Of a stretch of 64,000 bases of DNA, positions 26,921-36,580 are shown in pieces. Under the pieces are notes generated by a model, which was not told the DNA's origin, ran no database searches, and worked only from the letters and a program-made list of their open reading frames with translations. The DNA lies in NCBI GenBank assembly GCA_036645575.1, contig JAVXNW010000001.1, positions 11,896 to 75,895 on the forward strand, read 5' to 3'. Position numbers and translations under genes: made by a program. The stretch is from Clostridia bacterium (lineage in GTDB: Bacteria; Bacillota; Clostridia; Christensenellales; Aristaeellaceae). Each line of letters starts with the position of its first letter. Position 1 is the first letter of the stretch.

Positions 26921-27643
26921 TCAGGCGGTCTGGGCAATGTCGCGCAGGCGCTTTAACAGCTTGGCCTCCAGCCGCGACACCTGCACTTGGGTCATGCCGA
27001 AGGTTCCGGCGATCTGGCTTTGGGTCTCGAGGCCAAAATAGCGGCGGGTCAGCACCTCGCGCTCGACGTCGCTGAGCGTGCCCAGCAGCTGCTCGATCAA
27101 GAGCCGCTGATCCACCTCGTACATTCGATCCTCGCCCACCGTGTCGCCCAGCGTCATCGTGCCATCGACGCCCACGGGTTCAGACAGCGAGCGCGTGGGG
27201 CGCAAGGAGTCAAATGCCAATAGCGCCTCTTCGCGGTCGATCCCAAGCGCATCGGCCATTTCGCTCAGCGTAGGCGTGCGGCCGTGCTCGCGCTCGATCT
27301 GCTCGATGTAGCCCGCGATCTTGCGCGCGTTGTCCTTGATGGAGCGCGAAACGCGAATCGGGCCGTCGTCGCGCAAAAAACGGCGCACTTCGCCCAGGAT
27401 CACCGGCACGGCATAGGTGGAAAAACGGACGTCGAAGGCGGTATTGAAGTTGCGAATCGCCTTGACCAACCCCATGCAGCCCAGCTGGTACAGGTCGTCC
27501 CAGTCGCGCCCCACGCCCTGAAAGCGCTTCACCACGTATTTGACCAAGGCCAGATTGCCTTCCACCAGCTGCGACATTGCCTCGGAATCGCCGGACTGCG
27601 CGCGCTCGATCAGCGCCTTGCTTTGGTTCGCCTGCTCGCTCAA
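26921..27643 (-). CDS. sigF: sporulation sigma factor SigF
   Basis: The only plausible start is TTG 27643, which overlaps the spoIIAB TGA (TTGA). This gives 240 aa with region 2 DLYQLGCMGLVKAIRNF and region 4.2 QSQIAGTFGMTQVQVSRLE. It is the third gene of the spoIIA arrangement. Confidence 0.85.
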   Translation of the reverse strand: MSEQANQSKALIERAQSGDSEAMSQLVEGNLALVKYVVKRFQGVGRDWDDLYQLGCMGLVKAIRNFNTAFDVRFSTYAVPVILGEVRRFLRDDGPIRVSRSIKDNARKIAGYIEQIEREHGRTPTLSEMADALGIDREEALLAFDSLRPTRSLSEPVGVDGTMTLGDTVGEDRMYEVDQRLLIEQLLGTLSDVEREVLTRRYFGLETQSQIAGTFGMTQVQVSRLEAKLLKRLRDIAQTA

Positions 27644-28092
27644 GCGTGGCGCGCAACCGCCTCGGGCGCGCCAATCGACTTTCTCATGCGCACGGTGGTG
27701 CCGCGCCCGATTTCGGAGCAGACCGTCACCTCGTCCATGAAACTCTCCATCACGGTAAACCCCATGCCGCTGCGTTCGTCGCCCGCCTCGGTCGTGAAAA
27801 AGGGCGTGCGCGCCTTGTCGATGTCCGCAATGCCGCATCCGTTGTCGATCACGTCCACCGTGAGCTCTCCGGTGTCTGACAGCATGGCCTTCATCCGAAC
27901 CGTGCCGCCGGTCTTTTTGTAGCCGTGCACAATCGCGTTGGTCACGGCCTCCGAGACGGAGGTCTTGACGTCGCCCAGCTGCTCAAGCGTCGGGTTGAGC
28001 GGCAGCAGGAAGGCGCTGATGACCATGCGGGCAAAGGTCTCGTTCTCGGGACAGGCCAGAAAATCGGTTCGCATCTCATTGATAATCGTCAT
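27640..28092 (-). CDS. spoIIAB: anti-sigma F factor (serine kinase) SpoIIAB
   Basis: 150 aa with HATPase motifs EAVTNAIVHGY and GMGFTVM. Confidence 0.9.
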   Translation of the reverse strand: MTIINEMRTDFLACPENETFARMVISAFLLPLNPTLEQLGDVKTSVSEAVTNAIVHGYKKTGGTVRMKAMLSDTGELTVDVIDNGCGIADIDKARTPFFTTEAGDERSGMGFTVMESFMDEVTVCSEIGRGTTVRMRKSIGAPEAVARHA

Positions 28093-28104
28093 TTTTTCAT
28101 CCCC

Positions 28105-28410
28105 TCAGGCCAGTTTTTGCACCAATTGATAGAGTCCCGCCATCTCGAATATGCGGTCGATCTGTCGTCCGACGCCCTTGACCGCGACGGTACCGCCGCG
28201 CCGGTTCATCAGCCGGTAACGGCCCAAGATGATGCCGATACCCGAGCTGTCCATGAAGTTGATGCCGCCCAGGTCGAACACCAGGCGCGTCACCTTGGGG
28301 TCCCGAATCAGTTCGTCGATCTCGGGCCGAATGCGTTCGGCCGCAGAATGGTCCAGTTCGCCCGAAAGCTTTACCACCACTTCCGCGCGTCGCTTCTCAT
28401 GCACCAACAT
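28105..28410 (-). CDS. spoIIAA: anti-sigma F factor antagonist SpoIIAA (STAS domain)
   Basis: ATG 28410 follows AAGGAGG. The phosphorylatable Ser context is FMDSSGIG. Confidence 0.85.
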   Translation of the reverse strand: MLVHEKRRAEVVVKLSGELDHSAAERIRPEIDELIRDPKVTRLVFDLGGINFMDSSGIGIILGRYRLMNRRGGTVAVKGVGRQIDRIFEMAGLYQLVQKLA

Positions 28411-28456
28411 GCCTTGTCCTCCTTCACCAATGAGGGTTTCGGTAAACACAAGAGAG

Positions 28457-28484
28457 ATTCACCAAGCGCGCGGGCGAATCCTTC
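28457..28484 (-). promoter_or_regulatory. sigma-H-like promoter upstream of spoIIAA
   Basis: Minus strand: GAAGGATTC, 14 nt, then TGAAT. The B. subtilis sigma-H consensus is RWAGGAxxT-14-HGAAT, so there is one mismatch. Confidence 0.35.
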
Positions 28485-28500
28485 GGTCCAAAACGACTAA

Positions 28501-28532
28501 CCCTGTCGAACGGTGGGATTCGTTCGACAGGG
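28501..28532. promoter_or_regulatory. perfect 12-bp inverted repeat carrying two Spo0A-box heptamers; could alternatively be the terminator of the upstream ftsH-like gene
   Basis: CCCTGTCGAACG-8 nt-CGTTCGACAGGG. TGTCGAA lies at 28504..28510 and its complement at 28523..28529, ~90-120 bp upstream of spoIIAA. Confidence 0.4.
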
Positions 28533-28631
28533 TTATGCAAAAATAGGGGCATCCGGGCGAAAATAGGCGGATGCGGCTGGAAAGCAGGTGCCTCTTCGGG
28601 CGGCGCCCGCTGCGCAAGGGGGGGATTTACC

Positions 28632-30158
28632 CTACGCGGCTTCGGAAAGCACCTGGCGCACTTCGCTTCCACTCAACGCCTCGCGCAAAGTGAGCGCCTC
28701 GGAAAGCGCCATCAGCGCCTTGACGTTGTCGGAAAGCAGCTGCGTGACCAAGTCAAATTGATCGGTCAAGAGCTTTCGAGCCAGCTGCATGGCCTCGCTC
28801 GCCTGTCCGCCCAGCGCCTTTTGCAGCTGCCTGAGCGACGCGCAGGGCTCCGCCACCATGCCCAAATCCATGACCATCGTCGCCGCCAAGTCGCTTGCGC
28901 GCTGAAGGTCGTTCATCGCGCCGCTGGTCAATGTATCGACGCCGCCCACCAGCATTTCGGCGGCGCGACCCGCGAGCAGCACCTGCACCTGCTTTTGCAA
29001 TTTTGCGCGGTCGGTCATCGCGCGCTCGGGCGGGATCGACAGGCTGTATCCGGCCGCGCCCTTGCCGGTCGGCAGAACCGAAACGCGCGTGAGCACGTGA
29101 TCGGGCAGCAGCAAATGCGTCGCCAGCGCGTGTCCGGCCTCGTGAAGCGCGATCACCGAAAGCTCCTGCCGGTTCGCGATCGGGCGCTTGTCCGCACCCG
29201 CGACGCCGGTCAAGTAGGCCTTGTCGATGTCGCCCTGCGCGATCTCGTGCGCGCCGCGTCGCGCGGCACAGATCGCCGCCTCGTTGAGCAGCGATTCGAG
29301 CGACGCGCCGCTAAAGGCCACGGTCTGCGCGGCGAGCGTCGCCCAGTCGATCCCCTCGGCAATCGGCTTGTTTTTGGCGTGCAGCGCGAGGATGCTCATG
29401 CGCTCCGCGCGTCCGGGCAGCCCCACCTCGATCTGCCGGTCAAACCGCCCGGGTCTTGTGAGCGCCTGATCGAGCGTGTCGATGCGGTTGGTCGCGGCCA
29501 CCACCAGCGTCCCGTCAAGCGGGTGAAAGCCGCTCATCTCGCCCAAGAGCGCGTTGAGCGTCTGGTCGCGCTCGTCGGAGCCGCCGTCGTCGCGTTTTTT
29601 GCCGATCGCGTCGATCTCGTCCAGAAAGATCACGCACTTGCCCGCCTTGCGCGCCTTCTGAAACAGCGTCCGGACACGGCTCGCGCCCACGCCCGCGTAC
29701 ATCTGCACAAAATCCGCGCCGTTCATTGCGAAGAAGGGCACGCCCGCCTCACCCGCCAGCGCCCGCGCAAGCAGCGTCTTGCCGGTGCCCGGAGGCCCGT
29801 ACAACAGCACGCCGCGCGGCATTCTGGCGCCCATGGCGTCAAATTTTTCGGGAAACTTCAGGTAATCGCTCAATTCCAGCAGGCTTGCGCGCGCCTCCTC
29901 GTTGGCGGCGACGTCCAAAAAGCTGATGTCCGATGTCACGCTCACCGGCTGTGCGTCTCGCGCCGACTGATACGCGCCCGCCGTAGCGCGGCCGCCGCTC
30001 ACAAAAAACAGCACGCCGGACACGAGCGCAATCGCCAGCAGCACGCGGGGCAGGGCCTGGATAAGCCCTGCGGATGCCGCGCCGGTCAAAAGCGTAAAGC
30101 CGAATCCAACGACGCACACCCCTGCCAAAGTGGCAAGTGCCAGTCTGTACCTTCTCAT
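28632..30158 (-). CDS. FtsH-like AAA+ zinc metalloprotease, short form without the extracytoplasmic domain
   Basis: ATG 30158 follows AGGAGTGG. Two closely spaced N-terminal TM helices, Walker A GPPGTGKT, Walker B IFLDEID, and zinc motif HEAGHAL are present. ~508 aa. Confidence 0.85.
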   Translation of the reverse strand: MRRYRLALATLAGVCVVGFGFTLLTGAASAGLIQALPRVLLAIALVSGVLFFVSGGRATAGAYQSARDAQPVSVTSDISFLDVAANEEARASLLELSDYLKFPEKFDAMGARMPRGVLLYGPPGTGKTLLARALAGEAGVPFFAMNGADFVQMYAGVGASRVRTLFQKARKAGKCVIFLDEIDAIGKKRDDGGSDERDQTLNALLGEMSGFHPLDGTLVVAATNRIDTLDQALTRPGRFDRQIEVGLPGRAERMSILALHAKNKPIAEGIDWATLAAQTVAFSGASLESLLNEAAICAARRGAHEIAQGDIDKAYLTGVAGADKRPIANRQELSVIALHEAGHALATHLLLPDHVLTRVSVLPTGKGAAGYSLSIPPERAMTDRAKLQKQVQVLLAGRAAEMLVGGVDTLTSGAMNDLQRASDLAATMVMDLGMVAEPCASLRQLQKALGGQASEAMQLARKLLTDQFDLVTQLLSDNVKALMALSEALTLREALSGSEVRQVLSEAA

Positions 30159-30279
30159 GATTGCATCCACTCCTGTATCCATATTATATACCGTCGTAAA
30201 AGCTGCGTCCACGCACAACTTCTGGAAAGAAAAGCGCGCCCTCCGGGCATACTATCCTTTATTCAGGCGGAAAAAGGTG

Positions 30280-32712
30280 ATGGATGTGCGAAAAAAAATT
30301 CTTTGGGGCAGCATCTTGGGCGTGGTTGCGCTGGGACTTGTGCTGGCGATTTGCTTTGTCATCGATACGGCCCTCATGCTGGATGTGAGCAAACTCACGA
30401 CGCTCAAGCAGTCAACCGTGCTGCTCGACCGGGACGGTCAGCAGGCGGCGCTCGTGTCCGGCAGCGAAAATCGCACGGTGGTGGGGCTAAAGGACATTCC
30501 AGAATATACGCAAAAGGCGTTCATTGCGGCGGAGGACGCGCGATTTTACCAGCATCACGGCATCGACGTCTACCGGATCGGCGGCGCGCTCCTCAGCAAC
30601 ATAAAGTCCGGCGATTACGGACAGGGCGCGAGCACGATCACCCAGCAGCTGATTAAACTTACGCACCTGACGCAGGTCAAGTCGCTCAAGCGCAAGGCGC
30701 AGGAGGCGATCCTGGCGCTGCGCCTTGAGATGGTGATGGGCAAAGACGAGATATTGGAGGCCTACTTAAATACGGTCTACTTTGGCGCGGGCGCGTATGG
30801 GATCGAGGCGGCGAGCCGCACCTATTTTGGGGTGCCGGCAAGTCAGCTGACGCTCAGCCAGAGCGCGCTCCTGGCGGGCGTGATCAAGTCGCCTTCGGGA
30901 TACGCGCCGCACTTGCAACCCGACAAGGCGATCACGCGGCGCAATCTGGTGCTGGAAAAGATGCGGGAATTGGGGTTCATCACGCAGGAGGCGCTAAACG
31001 AGGCTCGAAGCGAGTCGATTTCGATCCTAGGATCTACGGAAAGGGCGGTTGACTACGCGTGGTATGTGGATGAGGCGACGCGCGAGGCGGTGCGCCTGCT
31101 CAAAATCGACCGCGAAGAACTGCTCTCGGGCGGGTACCGGCTGTATACCGCGCTCGACCAAGCTATGCAAAAGAGCGCCGAGCGGATTTTTTTAGACGCG
31201 AGCGCCTTTCCGGCAGACGCCCCCGATGGGACGCGCCCGCAGGCGGCGATGGTGTGCGCGAGCGCGCAGGACGGCGCGGTACACGCGCTGATTGGCGGGC
31301 GCGACTACGAGGTCGAGCGCGGGCTCAACCGGGCGATCGACATCACGCGCCAGCCCGGATCGGCGTTTAAGCCGGTATCGGTGTATGCGGCGGCGGTGGA
31401 TCGATTCGGGTACCTGCCGTCGAGCTTTGCCCAGGACGTGCAACGCGACTTTGGCAAAGGCTACAGACCCGGAAATTCCGGTGGGAAATACAACGGGGAG
31501 GTGACGCTGCGCGAGGCGCTGTCGCGCTCGCTGAACGTCGCGACGGTCGATCTCCTGTCGAAGACCAGCATCAACGCGGCCCGGCAGTACGCGCAAAACG
31601 CGGGGATTGCGCTGGACGCGGCGGATGTCAATCTGTCCCTTGCGCTGGGCTCGCTCACGCGCGGCGTGTCGCCGATGGCGCTGGGCGCCGCCTACGCGCC
31701 GCTCGCCAACGGCGGAAACGCGGTAACGCCCCACCTGATCCGCATGATCGAGGACGCTGACGGCCAGATGCTCTACCAATACCACGCGGGGGAAAGGCAC
31801 ATCATGTCGGGCATCAGCGCGCGGCTGGTGACCGATATGCTGGTGACCGCCGCCCAGAGCGGGACGGCTAAGGCGCTGGGCGTGCTGGATTTTCCGGTGG
31901 CGGGCAAGACCGGAACCGTCGGGGAGATGGACGGCGGAAACCGCGACGTCTGGACGGTCGCCTACACGCCCAAGTGTACGCTCAGCGTGTGGATGGGCTT
32001 TGATCGGCCGGACGCCGCGCACAAGCTAAACAATTCGGTTACGGGAAGCAGCCACCCGGCAAAATTGGCGGCGGAATTTTTGCGGGAAAACGCGGAAAAA
32101 GTGGATGGCGGGGCGTTTGAACTGCCAGATGGCCTTTTGCGGGTGCCCATCGACAAGCGCGCGCTCACCCAGAAGCATCAGGCGATGCTGCTGAGCGAAC
32201 TGACGCCCAAGGCCTACGCGCAGATCGAGCTGTTTCCGGCCTCGCGCACGCCGACCAAGGTGTCCGACGTATGGCAGGCGCCCTCCCAAATATTTGATCT
32301 AAAGGCGACGGGCGGGGAGGACGGCGTGACGCTTTCGTTTACCTGCGTGGACGATTATGCGCTGTACCGGGTCTTTCGCGTGAGCGAGCAGGGCGCGGAA
32401 GTGATCGGGGAATTGTCGGGAACGCGCGGAGAAGTGCTTTCGCTGCACGATGGGGCGGGCGGGCGCGAAAGCGCCTATCAGGTGCAGCCGGTCGAAGCGG
32501 CGCTTGCCAAGGAGGGGATCGAACTGGCGGGACCCATGTCGGGGGCGGTATCCCTAAGCGCGCAAAGCAGGGCGCGGGGCGAGGCGCGCGCGCCCATAAA
32601 GATCGCAAAAGAGACGCCGTTGTTCGGCGTCCCAGAGGTGACGTATGAGGTGGAACAACCGGACGCGCTTCTCCAAGAAGACGCGCCGGATGAGCCGCAA
32701 ATATTTGAATAA
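30280..32712 (+). CDS. class A penicillin-binding protein (PBP1A; glycosyltransferase + transpeptidase)
   Basis: GT51 motif AAEDARFYQHHGID. Transpeptidase motifs SAFKP, SLN and KTGT. N-terminal TM anchor. Confidence 0.9.
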   Translation: MDVRKKILWGSILGVVALGLVLAICFVIDTALMLDVSKLTTLKQSTVLLDRDGQQAALVSGSENRTVVGLKDIPEYTQKAFIAAEDARFYQHHGIDVYRIGGALLSNIKSGDYGQGASTITQQLIKLTHLTQVKSLKRKAQEAILALRLEMVMGKDEILEAYLNTVYFGAGAYGIEAASRTYFGVPASQLTLSQSALLAGVIKSPSGYAPHLQPDKAITRRNLVLEKMRELGFITQEALNEARSESISILGSTERAVDYAWYVDEATREAVRLLKIDREELLSGGYRLYTALDQAMQKSAERIFLDASAFPADAPDGTRPQAAMVCASAQDGAVHALIGGRDYEVERGLNRAIDITRQPGSAFKPVSVYAAAVDRFGYLPSSFAQDVQRDFGKGYRPGNSGGKYNGEVTLREALSRSLNVATVDLLSKTSINAARQYAQNAGIALDAADVNLSLALGSLTRGVSPMALGAAYAPLANGGNAVTPHLIRMIEDADGQMLYQYHAGERHIMSGISARLVTDMLVTAAQSGTAKALGVLDFPVAGKTGTVGEMDGGNRDVWTVAYTPKCTLSVWMGFDRPDAAHKLNNSVTGSSHPAKLAAEFLRENAEKVDGGAFELPDGLLRVPIDKRALTQKHQAMLLSELTPKAYAQIELFPASRTPTKVSDVWQAPSQIFDLKATGGEDGVTLSFTCVDDYALYRVFRVSEQGAEVIGELSGTRGEVLSLHDGAGGRESAYQVQPVEAALAKEGIELAGPMSGAVSLSAQSRARGEARAPIKIAKETPLFGVPEVTYEVEQPDALLQEDAPDEPQIFE

Positions 32713-32722
32713 AGACTGAAGT

Positions 32723-33967
32723 CTATTTGTTGGCAGGAAGACGACTTGGGTCTGTTTTCAGAAAGAGCAGGCCGATGAGCAGCAGAATGGGGAACAGCAT
32801 GGCGCTCATCAGGCCCATGTGTAGCCCGGTGCGCAGCATGTCCTGGGCGCCAAAGAGCTTTGTCGCAAGCGGGATCGCGCCCGAGGAGGCGACGCTTGAC
32901 ACAAGGCCCACGAGGCCGGGGCCGATCGAGCAGCCCAGGTCGCCCGCCAGCGCGAGGATGGCGAACATGGTCGCGCCCCCTGCCGGAAAGCGCTTCGAGG
33001 AGAGGCTGAACACGCCGGGCCACAAAAGACCCACGGCGAGCCCGGTCATTGCGCAACCCACCAGCGAGAGGATGGGCGAGCCGGAAAGAACCGCCAAGGC
33101 GTAACTCGTAATGGCCAGGGCGGCGCAGGCGACGAGCGCGGGTTTCAGCCTGATTTTGCTTCCCTTGACGCCGTAAAACGTGCGGGCGACGCCCATCAAA
33201 ACCGCAAACAGGCAGGGCCCCAGCAGGTCGCCGGTCGACTTGGAAACGCCCAACCCCATCTCGGCAAACAGCGACGACCACTGAGCCATCGCCTGTTCCG
33301 CCGCGCCCGAGCACACCATCAGGATGAGCAGCAGCCAGAACGCGCTTGTCTTAAACAGCCTTCCGATCGGCTCGCGCTCGCCGTCCGCGACCAGCGCGCA
33401 CAGCGGAACCTTCGCAAAGAGATAGGTATTGAAGGCGGGAACGAGCGCCCAGACAATGGGCAGTATGCGCCAGCTCCCGCTGCCAAAGAGCGCGAAAAAC
33501 GCGGTGGTGACCAGCACCACAGACACCTGCCCCCAGCTGTAAAAGGAGTGCAGAAAGCTCATGGCCGAGGCCTTTTCGTCGCCCGGGAGCGCCTCGACGA
33601 TGGGGCTGATCAACACCTCCGTGAGGCCGCCGCCGACCGCCGTAAAAAGGGTCGCGACCAAGAGGCCGAGATAGGGCGGCATGAGGCCCGGAAGCACCCC
33701 CAGCAGCACAAGCCCGATGGCCGCCAATACGTGCGCGACCACCGCCGGAACGCGAAAGCCCACCCGGTCGATGAAGCGCGTGGACACGAGATCGGTTACG
33801 ATCTGAATCGCAAAGTTGATTGAAATCAGCAGGCCTATCTGCTCAATGGATAAACCGAACTCGGTCTTAAAGATCACGAAGAGCAAGGGGGAGAGGTTGT
33901 TGACGATGGCCTGGGTGATGTAGCCCAAATAGCTTGCGTTAAGCGTGTGCCGATAGGTATAGCGCAT
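32723..33967 (-). CDS. MFS transporter
   Basis: 414 aa with ~12 predicted TM segments. Confidence 0.8.
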   Translation of the reverse strand: MRYTYRHTLNASYLGYITQAIVNNLSPLLFVIFKTEFGLSIEQIGLLISINFAIQIVTDLVSTRFIDRVGFRVPAVVAHVLAAIGLVLLGVLPGLMPPYLGLLVATLFTAVGGGLTEVLISPIVEALPGDEKASAMSFLHSFYSWGQVSVVLVTTAFFALFGSGSWRILPIVWALVPAFNTYLFAKVPLCALVADGEREPIGRLFKTSAFWLLLILMVCSGAAEQAMAQWSSLFAEMGLGVSKSTGDLLGPCLFAVLMGVARTFYGVKGSKIRLKPALVACAALAITSYALAVLSGSPILSLVGCAMTGLAVGLLWPGVFSLSSKRFPAGGATMFAILALAGDLGCSIGPGLVGLVSSVASSGAIPLATKLFGAQDMLRTGLHMGLMSAMLFPILLLIGLLFLKTDPSRLPANK

Positions 33968-34017
33968 AGCGTCTCCTTAAGTAAAAATTTGACAGGGCAT
34001 TTGTGCGCGTCGGGGCG

Positions 34018-35085
34018 TCAGTTGAGCACGAAGCTCATCAAAACCGGGTTGTGGTCGGAATGAGCGAATTGGTTGTCAACGGTCTCGACCGCGACCACAT
34101 CGATGTCGGGCGAGACGATAAAGCCGTCGATCACCGCGACAAATGTCTCGCCCGCCACATAGGGCGTGCCCGAGTCGCGCACGGTGGGGGCGTTGGTGGG
34201 CGCGGCGATGCGCGCGCCGTCCGGCAACTTCGCTTCATCCAGCGGATGCAGCCACGCCTTGCTCGTCGCTTCAAAACCGAACAAAGTCGGTGATGTGCCG
34301 CCCAGCAGGTCGTGGTTGAAATCTCCGCCGCAGATCACGTAGTCGCCCTGCGCGCGCGCCGCGTCGTAGGCGCTTGCCAGCACGGCCAGTTGCGCGTCGA
34401 GCACGCTTTGATCCTCGACGTAGGCGGAGGGATGCAGGTTGATGAGCGACAAATACCGACCGTTGTCTGTCTCTAGGCGCGCGATGGAAATACAGCGATC
34501 CAGATCGAGCAGCTTTTTAAAGCCCGACTCGATGGGCAATTGCTTGCGCGTCGCCTCGCTGATGCGGTACTTGGACAGGGTCATCATGCCCGCGCGGGTC
34601 TTGCCGATGGGATGGGTCACCGGATAAAAGAGGAAGGCCGAGTCGTAGTTGGTCGCAAAGACCGAGGCATAGTCAGAGAAGGCATCGACAAAGGACTGTG
34701 CCTGATCGACGTGAAAGCTGCGGTCGGCGGCCTGATCCACCTCTTGCAGGAGGATGAGTTCGGGGTCGATTTCGGCAATGATCTTCTGGAGCGCGTCGGT
34801 CGTCTCAAGCGTCGCCTGCTGGCTCTTGCCGCGCGACTGGGTGCCGCCGTCCATGAAGAAGTCGTAGTCGGCCGTATAGACGCCCGCGCCGATGTTGTCT
34901 GTCAGGATGTTGAGGGTTCGCCCGACCGGGAGCAGCGCCTCCTGATGCTTGTCGATGGCAAGGGGCTGATCATCCGGGATGCGCGCATAGGAAAACCAGA
35001 CCTGCGCCGCGTACAAGAGCGCGGCCACAAAGGTAAGAGACACGAGGCACACCAGAATCCACCCGACCATTTTTAACGCTTTCAT
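34018..35085 (-). CDS. endonuclease/exonuclease/phosphatase (EEP) family protein, membrane-anchored
   Basis: ATG 35085 follows AAGGAGGAA. It has an N-terminal TM helix. The LLLQEV, GGDFNHD and SDHNPV motifs are typical of the EEP fold. Confidence 0.75.
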   Translation of the reverse strand: MKALKMVGWILVCLVSLTFVAALLYAAQVWFSYARIPDDQPLAIDKHQEALLPVGRTLNILTDNIGAGVYTADYDFFMDGGTQSRGKSQQATLETTDALQKIIAEIDPELILLQEVDQAADRSFHVDQAQSFVDAFSDYASVFATNYDSAFLFYPVTHPIGKTRAGMMTLSKYRISEATRKQLPIESGFKKLLDLDRCISIARLETDNGRYLSLINLHPSAYVEDQSVLDAQLAVLASAYDAARAQGDYVICGGDFNHDLLGGTSPTLFGFEATSKAWLHPLDEAKLPDGARIAAPTNAPTVRDSGTPYVAGETFVAVIDGFIVSPDIDVVAVETVDNQFAHSDHNPVLMSFVLN

Positions 35086-35269
35086 GGGTTCCTCCTTCGC
35101 CGCGCATCCTTGGCGGCGCGCAAAAACTGGGGTAAGGTCTATTATACCGCCAATGGCTGCCGATTTCAATCATCTTTTCCCATTCGCAACCAAGTATTCG
35201 TGCGTACCGGATGAAAAAGGCACGCGATGCGCTATAATAGAAGGGAGAAAACGGAATGGGGGGCGGCCT

Positions 35270-36427
35270 ATGCCAAAGCAACGGCGATACCCGTGGCGAT
35301 TTGCGCTGTTTCTGGTGGCCTACTATGTGGCCAATTCGGTCTATCAGGGCTACATCACGGTCTATTTTCGCTCGATAGGCCTTGATACAAAGCAGATTGG
35401 CCTGCTGATGAGCGCGGTGCCGCTGGTGTCCATTGCGACGCAGCCCCTCTGGGGCGCGATCGGCGACAGGTGCCCAAGCCGCGCGCGCCTGTTGTGCGTG
35501 ATGTCGCTTGCGGCGGCCGGCGCGATGATCGGGATGCTGGCAAACAATACATTTTGGTATTTGATGGGCATGATCGGCCTGTTTTCGGCCACATTCACCG
35601 CCATTCAGCCGATGGGCGATTCGGTGATCTTGGAGGATCTTTCCCGGGACGCGACGCCCTTTGGGCCGATGCGCCTGCTGGGCAGCTTGTCCTTTGCCGC
35701 AAGTTCGCTCGCGGCGGGGTGGCTGTTGCAGGATAAGCTGTACCTCGTTTCGCCGCTCACCGCGGGGATGCTCGTCCTGACCGCGATGGCCACGTTTCTG
35801 CTTCCGAAGGCGCCCGGTCGGCAGCGCGCAAACGAAAAGGGTTCGATGCTTGCGCTGTTTAAGCGGCCTGATCTTGCGCCGCTGCTCGTGCTGCTGGCGC
35901 TGCTTCAGATGACGATGGGGTATTTCTACGCGTTCTTTCCGGTCTATTTTACCGAGCTTCCGGGCGGCGGATCGGGGCTGCTGGGCGCTTGTTACCTGAT
36001 CTCGGCGGTGAGCGAGCTGCCGTTTTTGCTGCTGTGCGACCGGCTGTTTGAGAAACTTGGCGCGGGCAAGCTGCTGCTGAGCGCCGCCGTCGCGATGACC
36101 GCGCGGTGGCTGATCCTCGCGGCATTCCCGGTGGTGCCAATCGTGCTGGCGAGCCAGATCCTGCATGGCTGGTGCTTTATCGTGATGACGGTCACGATGG
36201 CCAAGTACATAAACCAATCCGTGCCCGAGGCGTTTCGCGCGCGCGGGCAGATGCTCCTGTCGATCGTCAGCTACGGCTTTGCGCGGGTGGCGGGCAGCAT
36301 GGGCGGCGGCCTGGTCGCGGACGCGATGGGCATCGGCGGCGGATTCTATGTGATGGCCGCTACGACGCTTCTGTCGATCCTGCTCTTTGCCAAGCGCTAC
36401 CTGCGCGCGCCCAGGCAGAAGGGATAA
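35270..36427 (+). CDS. MFS transporter
   Basis: ATG 35270; 385 aa polytopic protein. Confidence 0.8.
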   Translation: MPKQRRYPWRFALFLVAYYVANSVYQGYITVYFRSIGLDTKQIGLLMSAVPLVSIATQPLWGAIGDRCPSRARLLCVMSLAAAGAMIGMLANNTFWYLMGMIGLFSATFTAIQPMGDSVILEDLSRDATPFGPMRLLGSLSFAASSLAAGWLLQDKLYLVSPLTAGMLVLTAMATFLLPKAPGRQRANEKGSMLALFKRPDLAPLLVLLALLQMTMGYFYAFFPVYFTELPGGGSGLLGACYLISAVSELPFLLLCDRLFEKLGAGKLLLSAAVAMTARWLILAAFPVVPIVLASQILHGWCFIVMTVTMAKYINQSVPEAFRARGQMLLSIVSYGFARVAGSMGGGLVADAMGIGGGFYVMAATTLLSILLFAKRYLRAPRQKG

Positions 36428-36434
36428 AACGGGC

Positions 36435-36514
36435 GCGGCGATTTGCGCGCGGCCGCGCTTTGCCTATCCGATGCGCGGCGATTTGCGCGCGGCCGCGCTT
36501 TGCCTATCCGATGC
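36435..36514. repeat. two identical tandem 40-bp units, followed by a diverged third unit that forms the proA promoter
   Basis: GCGCGGCGATTTGCGCGCGGCCGCGCTTTGCCTATCCGAT occurs twice (36435..36474 and 36475..36514). The third unit at 36515..36554 reads GCGCGGCGATTGACACGCGCCGCGCTTTTTCCTATAATGG. Confidence 0.9.
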
Positions 36515-36521
36515 GCGGCGA

Positions 36522-36550
36522 TTGACACGCGCCGCGCTTTTTCCTATAAT
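36522..36550 (+). promoter_or_regulatory. consensus sigma-A-type promoter of proA
   Basis: TTGACA (36522..36527), a 17-nt spacer, then TATAAT (36545..36550). Confidence 0.7.
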
Positions 36551-36580
36551 GGAGCCATTGAATAGAGGGGAGAGTCGATC

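Noticed and set aside
36435-36554. Possible CRISPR-like array (40-bp repeats)
   Set aside because: The units are directly tandem with no spacers, there are only three copies, and no cas genes are nearby.
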